The notes beneath the pieces were generated by a model. The model had not been told where the DNA came from, did no database searches, and saw nothing but the letters and a program-made list of their open reading frames with translations. From Vicugna vicugna (Eukaryota), in NCBI GenBank assembly GCA_013265495.1, contig MU058423.1, forward strand, positions 633,061 through 697,060: a stretch of DNA of 64,000 bases, given 5' to 3'. Shown piece by piece: positions 12,240 through 26,290 of this stretch. How positions within the stretch are numbered: position 1 is the stretch's first letter; each line of letters opens with the position of its first letter. The position numbers and the translations under genes are program-made.

Positions 12240-13080
12240 AAGGTTCAGTCTTTCCCCTAGATACACTTGCAGACTAGCACTGGGTTGATAGTATAGGTAC
12301 ATAAATAATTACAATTCAAGAAGCAAGTCGTCAGTGTCTCAGCAGAGACATCCTGTGCTGGAGGGTCCTGAGATGGGAGAGATCACCGAGGTGGGGTCAG
12401 GGAAGGAAGCCCAAATGGCAGAGGTGGCATCTGAGGGATGCGTTCATTTTGCAGACAAGGTTTTCAGGGCTAAGGGACAGTATAAAATTGGCAATGCAGA
12501 ATGAATATTTGGGATTGAATAAAGAAATCTGTGAATTAAACATGAGCAATAAGACTGGAAATGTAAATTGTGGTCAAAATAGAAGGAACCTTATGTATGA
12601 GAGAGCATACTTAAAAATCATAGCTATTAGAGAATAAAGAGTCAGGATTTTATAGTGCATGCAGTCAGGAGCCTTTGTAGGCTTTTAAGGTGGGGAGGGA
12701 AATAATCAGAATTCTGACAGCCACGTGGAAGAGCTTAGGTGTTAACAGCTATTGTAGAGGCCAACAGGCCTTTGTAGAAATCCCGCAAAGGGCTCATGGC
12801 CTAAGCTAAGGCAATGGCAGTGGGCGTGGACAGAAAAGGATGAATGTGAGATGCATTTTATTGGTAGATTAAATGAGATTTGCTATCTGACTAGATATGA
12901 AAAGGGAAGGGGTAAAGATGAGTCCAGGACAGTAACAGGTTTAGGAAATTAGGAGGAAATGGAGATTTTGGTAGGTAGGGGTGGGATGGGAAGAACTGAT
13001 AATGAGATCAGTTGAGACCTTTTGGGCTTGAAGTGCCAAAAGAACCTCTAGTAAAACCATTAGCACACAATTTGGAATTG
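12240..13080 (-). mobile_element. L2 LINE fragment(s)
   Basis: Purine-rich decayed L2 text (gcagtcaggagcctttgtaggcttttaag..., ggtaaagatgagtccagg). Confidence 0.65.
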
Positions 13081-13954
13081 TGACAAAAGCTGGGGCAGGG
13101 TAGTCCTGGTGGTCCCTATCAGAGAGGGCTACTTGTGGCCATTAAGGATTTGGATCTCTGCTGCTACCTCCTGCCCAAGCCAAGGACAGATATTTCCTGA
13201 TCTACTTCTCATTCAGGTGAAAGCACATGTGGTCCACAAGCACCACTGTCTTGGGTTTCTGCTTCAATTTAATGACTTATCTTTTCTTCCCAAGGTCACC
13301 CTGACCTCTCTGCCAGGATCCTGGGCCACAGGGGAGGAAGCTCCTGGATGGAGATACTGATACCTGGTCTTTCCTCCAGCTCCCATTCACACTTTTTCTT
13401 AATGTTACTCACAGAGTGACTTTTCTAACGTGTTAGGAAAAAAAAAAAAGCCTTGTTAATTGCTCTCTACTTTTCATTAACTAAATCTAGAATCCCTGCC
13501 CCTTCATCAGAAAAGTGCAGAAGTAGCAACATCTGTTTGTCTCTCTATTGACATTACTGACCTTGACACTGATTGAAATTAGTGAGAGACTTCCTTTTTG
13601 AGATATTGTCCCATAATAAGTAAACATGATATTGATTTTCTAAACATGCTCTGTTGGGAATAAATCTTTGACAACTGTACATCCTTGCTGAGCATTACTC
13701 TTCTGCTTTTCTAGAGGAGGAATCTTTCCTTGTTTTTGGCAACTTTGAGGAGTGTCATTGAATTGTCCAGGAGTTGAGAAGAATCAGGATGAGAGAGAAA
13801 GAGGAAGAATAGGAGAGAAAAAAAAAACTACTTATTTTCCTTTCAACAATAATTGTAAACATTTTAGAGTTAGTCATCATTCCTGAAGAACACTCATAGA
13901 TATTAGTTCTTTGGATTCTCAACCCATGAGGAAAAAAGGTAAGTTCAGTCCAAA

Positions 13955-15010
13955 AGCATTTACTGACCATCTGCTATTATAAGCCAGGAAATTAAAAGTT
14001 CAGGAAACATGAAAACAAATAAGACACAGAGTAAGACCCATAATAGAGCCCATAGTCCCAGTGGGAAAGACAGATAAGTAATATAAAAAAAAAAGTAGGA
14101 TCCTATGAGATACATAAAATAGTCCAAGGATGTACAAGGTTTAGAACCAGAACAAAGACTCATTTCTCTGGTGTAAGGTAGAGAGTCCACAGGGGATGGG
14201 CTTCTTAGTAAGATTTTGAAAACAAACAGAGAAATTATAGGAAACTCCAGGTAGAGAATCACAAGTGCAAAGGCGTGTAACAGCATGGTGTATTCATAGG
14301 GTTGTGAGGGGTCTTGTCTTGCTGGAGGAAAACGGGGGGAGGTGCTTCAGGATGGGTCAGAGGGTCAGGTGGCTTTCAGGAGAGGTAGACAGGAGTTAAC
14401 CATAATTCCACGAGGTACTTTGTAGGACACACTAAAGAGCTTGGCCTTTATCTTTAAGATTGAAGGAAAGGCAATAAGAGATGATTAAACAGAACCTAAC
14501 TTTTGCAGGTTCTGGGATAAAAAAAATATAAGTTCAGTTTGGGACATATTAAATTTGAAGTTTCTGTCTGAATTAATTAAATATATATGTATATAAATTA
14601 AAATATTCAAAAGGACATATGGGATTTGTTCTCAGGGGACAGTTTGGGGAGGAGGAAGCGGGAATCATCACATAGATGGCAGCTGAAGCCAGTGTAGAGG
14701 ATGGGCTTCACCAAGGAGAGTGCACAGAGTCAAAGGCAGAGGTCTGGACAGCATTGGGGACATCAACATTCAAAAGATAGGCAGAGAAAGATAAGCTTGT
14801 GAGAGAGATGAAGAAGAAATGTCCCAAGCATTAGAGGATGACAAAGAGAAAGTGAGGTCAGGAAAATCAAGGCAAATTCAAGAAGTGCAGTTATCAGAGT
14901 TGACTGTAGAGAGGTCAAGCAAATTATGGACTAGAAAGAGTCCCCTGGATTTAGCAAATATAAGAATTTCTCAATGGGAACAGTAAGAATCTTGGTGGAG
15001 GACTGGTAGG
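13955..15010 (-). mobile_element. L2 LINE fragment(s)
   Basis: catttactgaccatctgctattataagccagg (reverse complement of the L2 3' end); agttcagtttgggacatattaaatttgaag; gagaggtcaagc. Confidence 0.7.
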
Positions 15011-17369
15011 TGGAAACCCAAAAGAAAATGGAGGTAGAGATTGGAGTCCACTTTTTTAAAAAAACTGAATTGTAAAGAGAAGTGAGGTGAGGGAAACACT
15101 GAATCAAGGGAGTTTTTATTTATTTATTTTAAGATATGAGAGACTTGAGCAAGTTAGTGTGATTGTAGGAAGGAGGAAGTCTCAGAAGATGAAGATAAAA
15201 GAAAGAGAGGAGCTAACTGAAGGAACAAGGTCCTGTTTCCTGAGGAGGTGGGGGAGTGTGAGTTGGGATAAGACGCAGAGCACAGAAGGAAGTGTGGCCT
15301 TCGGGCAGGAGGAAGGGCAGCTCTTCCTCCAAAGGAAGAGGGAAAGCAAGAAAGCCATTGTTAAGGCAATAGTTAAGGAAGTAGAGGAGGAAACAGGAAA
15401 GGAAAGGAAATCAATTGTTTTGAAGCTAACATGAGCTGATCGGGTGAAATCACATTACAGCTTTTTGACCCAGCATTACTATGATGGAAATCTCTGTACT
15501 ACAAAAGCTTTCCAAGTTCTGGCTAGTAGCCTGCATATAAGACAAAGCCAGATGCTGTGGTCAAAGAATATGGAGGATTCTTGGAGGTGGTATCAAGGAG
15601 ATCTTGCCAATAATGGGAATGTTTCAAAAGGAAAGTGCAAATGATTTTCTAATAATAAAAGCTGGTTAGGTAATTTTTGTGTAGGTGGATGCCTCTAATT
15701 TTTCATTTCCTGACTCTTCCCCAATCTCTTGTATAGCTCAGTTAAAAATTAACTCTAGTTAAACATACTACCCCAAAAGCAAATTGGGCAAAGTCTAACA
15801 CTCCATGGATTGATAACTGAAAGAGTCCCTCTTGCCACACACACATTGTAGCCACCCCCTGGCCTTAACAGATCTCCTATTCCCAGTGGAGGCTCTTTCT
15901 AGAGATCAAGCCTATTTGAGTACTGAGAAATTAATTTGGCATAATTAGAAGATATGTCAATTTATATTGGTTTCCTTCCCAAAGAGTTAGGAAGTTTCTG
16001 TATCCTGGAAACAGCACCAATTTCCCAGCCAGAGGGTGAAGTTAGTTTGACTTTGTTATGCTCTCCTGTTCTTTTTCTTTCTATGGCAGCTGGATTCTCT
16101 TCTCTCCTGACACCTCCTGATCCTGCCATGAAAACTCACTTTTAGTACATTAGTCATTTGCACCTTAGTGTGAATCTAGGGAACTGGTTTATGCTCTAGG
16201 GGACATGGTTACATGACTTCCTTTTTAATTGTAGGATTTGATCTGTTAGAAATGTTGGACATTCAGAAGCAGGAGGGGACCAAAACTTCTCTTAGCACAT
16301 GAGCATCTCCTCTAACTATGTTTGTGGCTGATTTTGCCTGGAAATATGTCTCCTACCAATGATGGGGCAAATGGAGGTCACTGGGGTTACTCACATCCCA
16401 AATGTAAACCATGAAGACTCAGCTTCTGTGACCATGGTCTTTCCTTCATCCTGCCCTTGTTCTAACCTCCCAAATCTTCCAGACTAGGCAGAGCTCCCAG
16501 GTACTCTTCTGGGGTGAGAGCCCAGCAATGGCCAGAGCCTTTGAAAATTCCTCTCTCTGGCATCCTCCTAGTTTTCCTTCTTCATGGTTCTTTGTTGACG
16601 GAAAATGAATGAAATATAGCATAAATACATGGAAACAAATAGAATTCTTTGTTAGCAGAAACACAATCTTATTTTATTTCTTTCTCCAAAACCCTTATGA
16701 GCACCCTTTTCTTCTGTCTCCTTGTTGAAACCAATGTCTGTTGGATGGCCCTGGCCCTTTTAACTGTACCTGAGCACATCTGGATGCCTGCAGTTCAGAT
16801 GTTGGGACTGTGCTTTGTATAGACTGTTTCACTCAAGCTTCATCTTCAGGCAAACAACTGTGTCTTGGAAAAGTCCTGTATCTCTAACCTTATTTCATGC
16901 ATACTTCATACCAAAGGATGAAAAATTGGAGTCGACACCATGTGGATTATTTATATGGGTAAAATCCCACCAGGCTGCTCAAGATGTAATACACGCATTT
17001 GCTATTCTGCTACTCTGGCCCTAGGAAAACCAATTCCACTTGACACAGGAATCAGTTGCCCCTGAGAACACAATTCCTTTAAAATTTTCAAGAGACTCCA
17101 GCGGAAAGACTGTGGAGCTTAGAGATCTGGGTCTGTCCAGCTCCTGGGATGCTGTAATTCAGCATTCCTAGCATAAAAGTTTTACCAAACACTAAAATCA
17201 ACATCTGGAATAGAATCTTGGTAAGATTGAAAATTTAATTCACCCTCAAATATTACTAGTCTTCCTTTTCCTGAAGAATGCTCTAACACCAGGGAAGCTA
17301 AGGGGAACCTGCACCAAAAGTGGGGAACTCAGAGAAGAACACTCACACAGTGAAGTACAGATTTTGTAT

Positions 17370-17640
17370 ATTTTTTCCTGATTATACAAGCAACAGTGAT
17401 ATGTGCCCACTGAGGAAATTTTGGAAAGAAAGGCATAAAGAAGAAAATTAAAATTACTCATCATTCCTCATTCCATCTACCTATAACAATCTGATGTATT
17501 TCCTTTAATCCATGTGTATATTTTACAAAATAGAGGCATATCACATGTATAATTTTATATCCTGATTTTTGCACTTTGTATCATGAATGTAACCAGTTTG
17601 ATTATAAAGTCTCAAATTCATCAGGGTATAAACATGGAAT
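17370..17640 (-). mobile_element. Old L1ME-like 3' fragment
   Basis: gaaaggcataaagaagaaaattaaaattactcatc...ttttacaaaatagaggcatatc. Confidence 0.5.
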
Positions 17641-20049
17641 ATTTAACTTTTCTAGTAATTGTTACTACCATGCTATATTAAATCTCCTCCCATTGGGGAG
17701 AAGACAGCCTTGACAACAGTTCAATCTGTCTCCATAACTTTTAGTCATATTCAGTTATTAAAACTGTTTCATTTTTCTTACTAAACCTAGTATTTCACAT
17801 TAAAAATTTCAATCCTGTATTTGGTTGATTCAAAACTCTCCTCAAAATTCCTCCTATCCCCAAGGGACTGTCTAGATCTGTAATGTATACTGGAAGAGAC
17901 CGTACGGAGGAAGCAGAGGGCGTAGTCTGGTCTTCTCATAGATCCTCTCTTTTCTCCACCCTTACCCCTCCTGTATAGAGATATACGCAGGGGAGCAAAA
18001 GGGAAAACAACACCTCCTATGTGACTATGTGATTATATAGGCAAGAGTGTTATGTGCCCACTGAGCAACTTTGGCAAGTCGCTGCCCCTTCCTGTTAGTT
18101 GTCACCACCACTGCAGCTCTTTGCCATCTAGTTGCTCAGATGGGCAGAGGACCTGACAGTCCTGCTGGTGAGGGGCCTGTCCCCATGGTACTCCTTTTTG
18201 TCTCCAAGTTCAGCATACCTACTGTGCTCATACACCTTCCATGGCCCTACTGTGTGGCCTGTGAGCATAGGAAATATCTGGAGGACACTCAAGGAGGTAG
18301 TTCTTGTCCCCTCATCACTTGGCAGTACGTCAGTACTCCCTCCCTTACCCCCAGTGTTCTCCTCCCAGCTCTAGAAGAACCTAAGAATGAGATGTCAGGC
18401 TCTCCTTCTTGGATATGCCCCCAGTAGTTGTAAACCATTCCCTTGGGACCCCCTCTTTTAGCTTGAAGGTGGTGATAAGTTTCATTTTTATCATCTTTTC
18501 TTCCATGGGGAGATAAAGAATGGATAAATTCTCTTGACAAACACTATACTCCCTTAAAAAGGTGACTTTATTTTATAGCTTCATGATAAAAAGTCACCAA
18601 ATCAGTTCAACTTTTGTCAATTTTGTTAGTTCGGGAGTCTAAAGATTAAGAAAGAGATCTCCTTTAAACTCAGCCCTTATACAATATAATTATTTTGTTT
18701 TCATCTATTCTCTGTCTTTGCTGTAAACTGCTCTATTCCCAAGGGTAAAGTTCTCAGTCGGTACCATCCTAGTACAACAGCACTTTGTGAACATCTTTTT
18801 ATGTTTCAGTCATACAGATTGCCACATTGTTAAAACATTCATATTGTGTATGTATAAATACAACAGGCACAGCAAGGGCAGGGGTGCTGGTGAGGGACCT
18901 TGACTTACAGTACCAAATGACAAAGAGAAAGGGGATACTAACATTAAAATACATGGGAAGAACTACTAAGCAGGCTGTATATTTATTTTATAAACAATGC
19001 TGCAGTGAACGTCTTTGTTCACATTTTATATAATTTTCTTAGGGTTATAGCTAACAGTTATTAACTACATCTTCTATGTTGGTATTTTGCTATGCATTTT
19101 AAAAGCCTTATCTTATTTAGTCTTCATAGGATATAAGTACTATTATTGGATTGATATACAGAGTTTGTTTATTTAGTCAACAATAACGTTGAGCCCCTAC
19201 ATATGTCAGGCACTGTTCTCAGTGTTCTCACTCATCCCTACCTGCTCTGACACGGGTGCAATGCACCAGTACTGACACTTGCCATGTGACAGTAGTGGGT
19301 GGCTAGAAGCGGGACAGGGAAATCTCTCCCTCTCTTTTGCAAATTGAGCAAATCCCTAGGGTTCCAGTGCACTAGACTCAGGTTCCAGATGCTCTCTCTT
19401 CTTTCCAGGAATAGAGTCAAAAGTTCAGGCTATGTCAAAAGTCATCAGGAGAAGGTTGAGGAGCTCCTTGCATTGTTTGAAGGCCTTTGAAGAGCCAGAA
19501 AAGTGTAAGTACTCTCCAAGGTGCTGAAAACACCAGCAGTCCCTGTGCGTGCACAAAAGATTAGGGTCCCTGTATTTATCACTTGATTTTCTAAAGAGTC
19601 AGCAGGATAGATGCTTTATCTTCCAATCACTGTTTAAGTAAGGAGAGAAATGAGTTCTTGAATTTCCCTCCTTTCTCTTGTCCCTAGGACAAGATGGTAT
19701 TAAGCTGTAGAAGTAACATTCATGTCATCTGTGGAGTGACCCATACTTCCTGGAGAAGGGGGAGTGGGAAAAGGCACTTAAGATATCTGAGTCCTTGGTA
19801 TCCCTGGTTACCATTGTGTGAGTCACAGGTGTGTTAGAGGGAAAGAGAGTAGGAGGAATGAAATAGGTACTAGATGCTCTGGGTAATCTTTTCTTTCTAT
19901 TTACACAACACCAATGCTTTGTCTTTGTCTTCTTCTACTGGGAAAACATTAGGATTTGGACAGGAGGCAGATATAGCAGTAAAAAACTTGGCATATAGTC
20001 TCACAGTCTCAAGTTTGATTTTCATAACCCCTATATGTATGACTTAGGA

Positions 20050-20570
20050 CTGGATGTGGCTCCAAGCCAGAGAAAACAAAACAATCATGGGCTAACGGGA
20101 GTTCATTTTTTCCTCATATCAGTCTAAAGGTAGGCAGTACAGGGCTGATGAAGCTCTTCAAGAGTCATCTAGGGCCCAGGTTCCTTTTATTTTCCTGATA
20201 TGGCTTCTTAGCATATGATTTTCATCCTCAAGATTGCAAAATGGGTGCTGCAGCTCCAAGCTTCATGCTTATGTTACAGGCAGGAAGAATATGTGAGGGG
20301 CATAGTAAATAAGTCTGTTTCTTTTTCTTTTTCCTTTTCCTTTTTCTTTTTGGAGGGGGAGGAAATTAGGGTTTTTAAAATTTATTTTTTAAGGGAGGTG
20401 CCGGGGATTGAACCCAGGGCTTCCTGCATACTAAGAATACACTCTGCCCCTGAGCTATAGCCTCCTCCTTAAATAAGTCTGTTTCTTAAAAAATGTTTCC
20501 ATTTATTCACCCAGGATCTTTGTCTTACGTCTTGTTGAGTAGACTCTCTTATTGCAAGAAAAAGTATAAA
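20050..20570 (-). mobile_element. MLT1-like MaLR LTR remnant interrupted by a SINE
   Basis: aggtaggcagtacagggctg...gtcatctagggcccaggttcctt...caagattgcaaaatgggtgctgcagctccaagc. Confidence 0.55.
20324..20469 (-). mobile_element. Camelid vic-1-like tRNA-derived SINE
   Basis: Minus strand: A box tagctcagggg, B box gggttcaatccc, A-rich tail. Identical 18-bp TSD taaataagtctgtttctt (20306-20323, 20470-20487). Confidence 0.9.
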
Positions 20571-21189
20571 AGACAATATTGTAGCTTTCTAATCTCTATA
20601 GTAGAGGAAGGCAAGGGAGAAGCTAGTTGTAAGTGTGATTGTCTGTGTGTCTCATTGTCTGTATGACCCACAGAATCACTTTGATTCATGTCTCTATAAA
20701 ATGGGGACGATGTTGCCTACCTTGTGGAGCTGTCTTGATGTTTCCTACCTTGTAGAATTGAGATAATGTATGATGAATCCTTATCACAGTGCCTGGCATG
20801 TCATAAGCTCTCTACATACCTTTTAAAAAGAAACAGTAGGCTAGATCTATGTTCACAGACTACGGAGAGAAAGAAATACACAGTTCAGAATAGGGTCCCA
20901 GACTCTCACCCTAGAATTTCTCACTTAGCTGGGAGCTTGGCTGAATTCTGGAAACTTATATTCATAATCTCTATTGATGGCAGTGGGCAGGGATCAAGAG
21001 ACTACCAGCAATCTTGGTTCCCTCTGCAGTGTTGGTTATTACACATGGGATATTTAAGAATGCACCCAATTGGGCATGATGTTTGTGCTGATCTGCCTCA
21101 CTGTCATAATCATGTCCCTGAAGAGCTATGAGTAAATAAAAATTTGGTTAATATCTTTGGATGTGGAATTGATAGATCGGGATGTGTGA

Positions 21190-21360
21190 TCTGGCTCTGC
21201 CACTTACTACCATTGTGACCTTGGGGTTAATCTCTGTGGACTTCAGTTTACTCATCTGTAAATTGAGGGCACAACCACTCTTACCCACCTCAGAAGATTT
21301 TGGAGACCAAATGAGACAATATATGCTAAAGCTGTTTGTAAAATAGAGGTATACAAATAA
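21190..21360 (+). mobile_element. MIR SINE
   Basis: ctggctctgccacttactaccattgtgaccttgg...cttcagtttactcatctgtaaa. Confidence 0.85.
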
Positions 21361-23419
21361 AATGCAGCTTTCAAATATATGGGAGGACCTGGAGGGTACA
21401 TGGAAGAAGGTGGAGGCTTGGTGACTCTCATCTGTGAGAAGGCTCTTTCTTCTGTTAATACATTCATCAGAAGAGGCCCCACCACTCCCATCTCCTCTAG
21501 ATTCCGGGCCCGTGGGCCCAACTAGGCAAAAATGCTAAATGGGTCCTCCTCGTCCCATTCTGTGACCACCCCGCTGCTGCTTCAGGACATCTGTGCTCTC
21601 CAATTCTCTCTAGCATATCAGACTCAGCTCTTGTGTGCTGGACAGGAGGACAAGAATGCTTACAGGATCAGGCAAGGGAAAATTAATTTTGTTGAACCCT
21701 AACATGTGCTGGCCACTCTGCTGGGTGTTCTAGATATCTAATCTATTTTAAGTTGCAATACCCTCTTTTCAGATACATATTTTATACACATATATATAAT
21801 TTTTAAAATGAGGCTCTCTTTAAAAGAAAAGGTTAAACAACTTGCCCATGGTTACAACACTAGTAAGTGGCTGAGTGAGACTGCAGTCTAGCTCTTCAGC
21901 TAAAGAGATCAGAGGACTTAAACTGGGAGACAATTCGCCCAGTGTTGTCACTTTACAGGTGCCTCTTTTAAGGGTTAGAGCATTGAGGTGGCTTGCCCAA
22001 TGTCATGACAATTAGCAGGGCTAGAACTGGATTCCAGATTTCTGAATGGCCAACAGAATGAATGTCTACTGTGTGATCATGCAGTCCTGACATCCGCTGA
22101 GGGATGGGATTGGAGCCTCAGGGCACCAGGGCCACTTCCCACCAGAAATCACAGGTGGTGAAGTGGTTCCTATCAGATTGAGTATTGACAGACTCTTCCG
22201 CTCCCTTTGAAAATATATCTCTTCAGAGAGAGCCCTGCCTAGCCATGCTCCAGCCTTCAGTCAGGATCTGGGGGGGAGGGGGCAGAGAGAAAGGAGAACA
22301 GAAAAGAAATGAAAAGCAAGAGAGAGCAAAACAAGGCAAGGAAGGAAAATCAATGCCTCCTTGCAAGCAGGTGGGAGCTGCGGTTGTGATGAATATTTAC
22401 TGTGTAGCGGTCTAATGATTTTAGAAATGTTTTTCCGACTGTACTGAGTGCTTGTGGGATTGTTTTTCAAGAAATAAAATACATTAAAGCTCAGTCATTA
22501 AGAGCTTAAAGGAGGAGGCAACACAGTCTCCAAGCCCATTAGCACACCCTGTAGTTAAGTAAGGGCCTCATTCCTAATGCATTTTTAATTTATTCTGTTT
22601 TGTAAAATAAAACTTTAAACTGCTCCTTGTACTATCAAATTTGTAAGCATCTCCCAAGCCTGTCCCCAGCCATGGAGCTCTGGTGAGCTGTGCGGTGGTC
22701 ACAGCTGAGCTGAAGTCCAAATGCCCTCCTGCCCTGGGCTTCCAGGTGGCTCTGCCCAGCTCAGCTCTCTGCAGGAGCTCAGCCCAGCTTCTCCTGGCTA
22801 GGGAAGCCATCCAGCCCTGCTGGGGTTGCTGCTGGAGAGGGAAAGGAAAGAATTTCAGACTGAAGGTAGAACACGATGGCTTAGTCCATTAGAAAATCTG
22901 TGGGTCTAGGAAGAAAATGTGACTCTGGAGCGAAGGACCTCTAACACGGGAATTCACCTTCTCTGAGGACTTTGGAGACCCAGGAGAGCAGCCTGCCTGA
23001 AAAGAAAAAAAAAGAGGGGCATGAACTCCAGAAACCTGAAATACATTAGCTCATTTAGGTGTCTCAATGGCCCTAGGAAGTAGGCATTCACTTCCTTCTT
23101 AGCCAGATGGGAGAACATGGCTTAGAAAAGCTAAGCCACTTGTTCAAGGTCAGAATATCTGAGAGTAAGTGACAGGGTTCACCTGATTCAGGTTAGGCTG
23201 ACTCCAGGGCTCTGGGGAAGTCAGAAGAGGGGATAATAAGATGGTCACATGAGGATCCTTTTTAAGCACTGCTCCTGTAGAGAATTTTGAACTAGGTTGA
23301 AAACTTGCTTTTTCTCCTGAAGAAGACAGAAATCTGGCTGCCTGAGGTACAGCTGACCAAGGCAGTTTGGGCTTCTCTTTTTCTCTTTCTTCCTTAGCTA
23401 GTTTCTTCCTGTAAATCTG

Positions 23420-23705
23420 CTCCCTCTTTCTTTCACATCTCTGCTCAGATGTCTCCCTATCGGAGAGGTCTTCCTTGACCACTCACTCTAAAAAGCCCTC
23501 CCTCCACCACCCGCAATCCCTATCCCCTTATCCTGCTTCAGTTTCTCCACAGACCTGTCATTTTTACTTATTTATTTGCTTATTTTTGGGCTCCCTCATC
23601 AGACTGTAAGCTCTGTGTGGGCAAGGTTTTCATCTTTTTTTTTTTAATGTTTAAGAGAGTTTCTGGCATCTAGTAGTTGCTCATAAATAATTGCTGAATA
23701 AAAAA
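23420..23705 (+). mobile_element. L2 3' end
   Basis: gagaggtcttccttgaccac...agactgtaagctc...tggcatctagtagttgctcataaataattgctgaat. Confidence 0.75.
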
Positions 23706-26249
23706 ATAAAATTCCTAACTCTTGGACCTATCTCTCTCTGCAGTTAATGGGTGGCAATTTGTGGGTGACAGTAACTCATCCATGCCAGCTTCGGACGATT
23801 GTACAGGAAGTTAATGCTTCCAAGACACACCCTCAAATCATAGGTTCTCTGAATCCACAAAGGTGCCTCAGGGATGAGCCAAACCAATTCTCTCATTTTA
23901 GAAATAAGGAAACAGCCCAGAGAGGTAAAATGATATGTCCGAAGTCACACAGCTTGTCAACCTAGATCTCCTTATGCCCAGTAGGATTCTCTCCACACAC
24001 CAGGCAAGCTGCTACTGGGCTTAGGACCTTAATCTTTAATGGCATCTAGGCATTTTCAGAGATCTGCACATCCTCTAGTCTCTGTGGGAAGCCTGGGTCA
24101 GTTCTCCAGTTGAGACAGGTTGTCGGGTTAGGAGGGGTAAGGGGCTGAGACCCTTGCTGAATCAGGCAGAGATATCGAGGCGCTGGGGCTGCATGCTTGT
24201 TCCTTGTCTCTGCTTGCTGACACTACCTAACAGCCATACCCCTGGCTGGCTGTGACCACAGGTACAGTAGGAAGCTGCCTTTTTGGTATGATTTCTGAGC
24301 TCTGGCAAAGAACCTTTACTCCATCTCTGCTTTTCCACAAAGGCTAAATATCCTTCAACAGAATACAAATCCTGCTACAACCATGATGAAAGGAAGGCAT
24401 CTTAGTTCTTCTGGGAGAAAGAGGAACACACTTGAAGTCACTCAAAGGGATAGGTGACTATGAGAAGATCAATAGTGATTCCCTAAGAAGGGACAGGGAA
24501 ACATGTTCAAGGTGTTAGGGCAGGAAGACACTTCTCGCCCACCACAAAGCTGCTGCTCACCCAGGTCTCCAGTGCTCCCTCTTCTGCCTCTCCAATCTGC
24601 TGCTCTGTCTCCCCTCCCTACCTTGGGCACCCAACGCAAGGTAGTGACCCAGGTGACATCTGGCTGCCTCAGAAGAGCCTCTTCCTTGGGAAGAGATTTC
24701 TGGATTTGCAATTAACTATGAGGAAGAAACACATTTATTAAACATTTATGTGTGTCCAACGTTATGTCAGCTGCTTTCACATAGTCTTTCAACCACGGAA
24801 GACAAATGAGATTGTTTGAGTTAAAAGATGAGAAATCCTGGGCTCAGAATGGTACATAAACTTGAGCAGATAGACTCAGACCTGGCCAATCCAGGCAACT
24901 CTGATCCTTAAGCAAAGGGACTGCCTCCTTACCAAACTGACCACAGTGACTGGGTGGGGTGGTGGCCCGGCAGAGCCACTCTATCCTGGACATTCTCCCA
25001 GGGAGTCACCCCAGTGAGTGTCCTCCAGGAGCCAATCTGTGGACCACAGGGAGGAGAACTGCCAAGAAAATTCTTTGAAGCGAAAGCAGTTACCACCCCA
25101 GCTTGTTACTGTCATGGTGATCCATGAGGCCAGCTCAAGGCTCTACAAAACCATCCTCTGATCTCGGGAAGATGCATACTAATGGGTCAGATTACCAGCC
25201 CTAACTTAATTGCTGTTTTTAATCTTCATTATTGAGGAATAAGCAGTGGGTAGAACTTCAGAGTTTCTTTTCCCCACACCAGGAGATGAGCATCAGCTTC
25301 GGTGGGGCCAAGTCTAGTACCTAGTGGCCTTGTCCTCTCTCTGTAGTGCTACCTGGACTTTCCTCCTATGATGACGCAGGAATCTTCTCCCTAACCTTTC
25401 ATGAAAAAAAATCTTTTCTATTTCTCTCGATAGCCCTCCTCCTCCCCTACCTCTGGTATTTTTCAGCTTGGCTCACACTTTATTTTCAGGATACCAGTAC
25501 CAACAAATCACTTTTTGATTTCCATGGCAACTTGCTGTACACAAATTTGTTGATAAAATAACCCACAAGCACAAGATGTTGGTGGTAATTGGGTGGGAGA
25601 AGTGGCCTCTGCTAACAGTCAGCTCTGGGACCTGTGCTGGCCTGCTGGGAAATGAGGACTGTTAGAAAATCGGGCCTTTCAGCTCAGGAGTCTAGCCTTG
25701 TGAGTTCAATTGTTTTACCAAAGGAAGAAAATCATAAATTTGGAAAAACACAGCTTATAGTAGAGACAACCAGGAAAGGATGACTAGAGGACAGTGTATG
25801 GCAACAAGTGAAGAGGGAGGTCTGGGGTGTAGCACAAAGTAGGTATAAGGGGATGAGGGACTTAATAAGATCACAATGAAAGTCTTTGATGAACTCAACT
25901 CAGATTGAAAAGCAATAACAGAATACTCAGGTCATGTGAATCCATCTATAAACCAGCTTGTCTATTTTTCTGCCTCTGTGTAATTGTTCTTGTAATTCAG
26001 CACAGTCAACCAATATTCTCCTCTATCCTGAGAGAGTATTGAGGAGGGTGCTGTCTGGGAATCACAAGAAAATATCTGGTCTAATGACCTTCTGGTCTAG
26101 TCCTTCTTGTGAGAAAATGAAGGCCCATAGAGATGAAGTGATTTGTATGTCATAGAACTATTCTATGGCAAAGATAGAGCTGGAGTCTGGGTTTCTGAAC
26201 TCTTAAGTTCAGAGAATTTAACAAATGCATCCACCCACTTATTCTTCCA

Positions 26250-26290
26250 TTCATTCATCCATCCATCCATCCATCCAGCAATCCAACAAC
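26250..26290. repeat. (CATC/CATT)n microsatellite
   Basis: cattcatccatccatccatccatccagc. Confidence 0.85.

Noticed and set aside
18561..18598. Hairpin as a possible miRNA precursor
   Set aside because: The stem is about 13 bp and AT-rich, too short for a pre-miRNA.
20324..20469. tRNA-like A/B boxes (also at 29343 and 45924)
   Set aside because: These are SINE heads with A-rich tails (one with a clear TSD), not tRNA genes.
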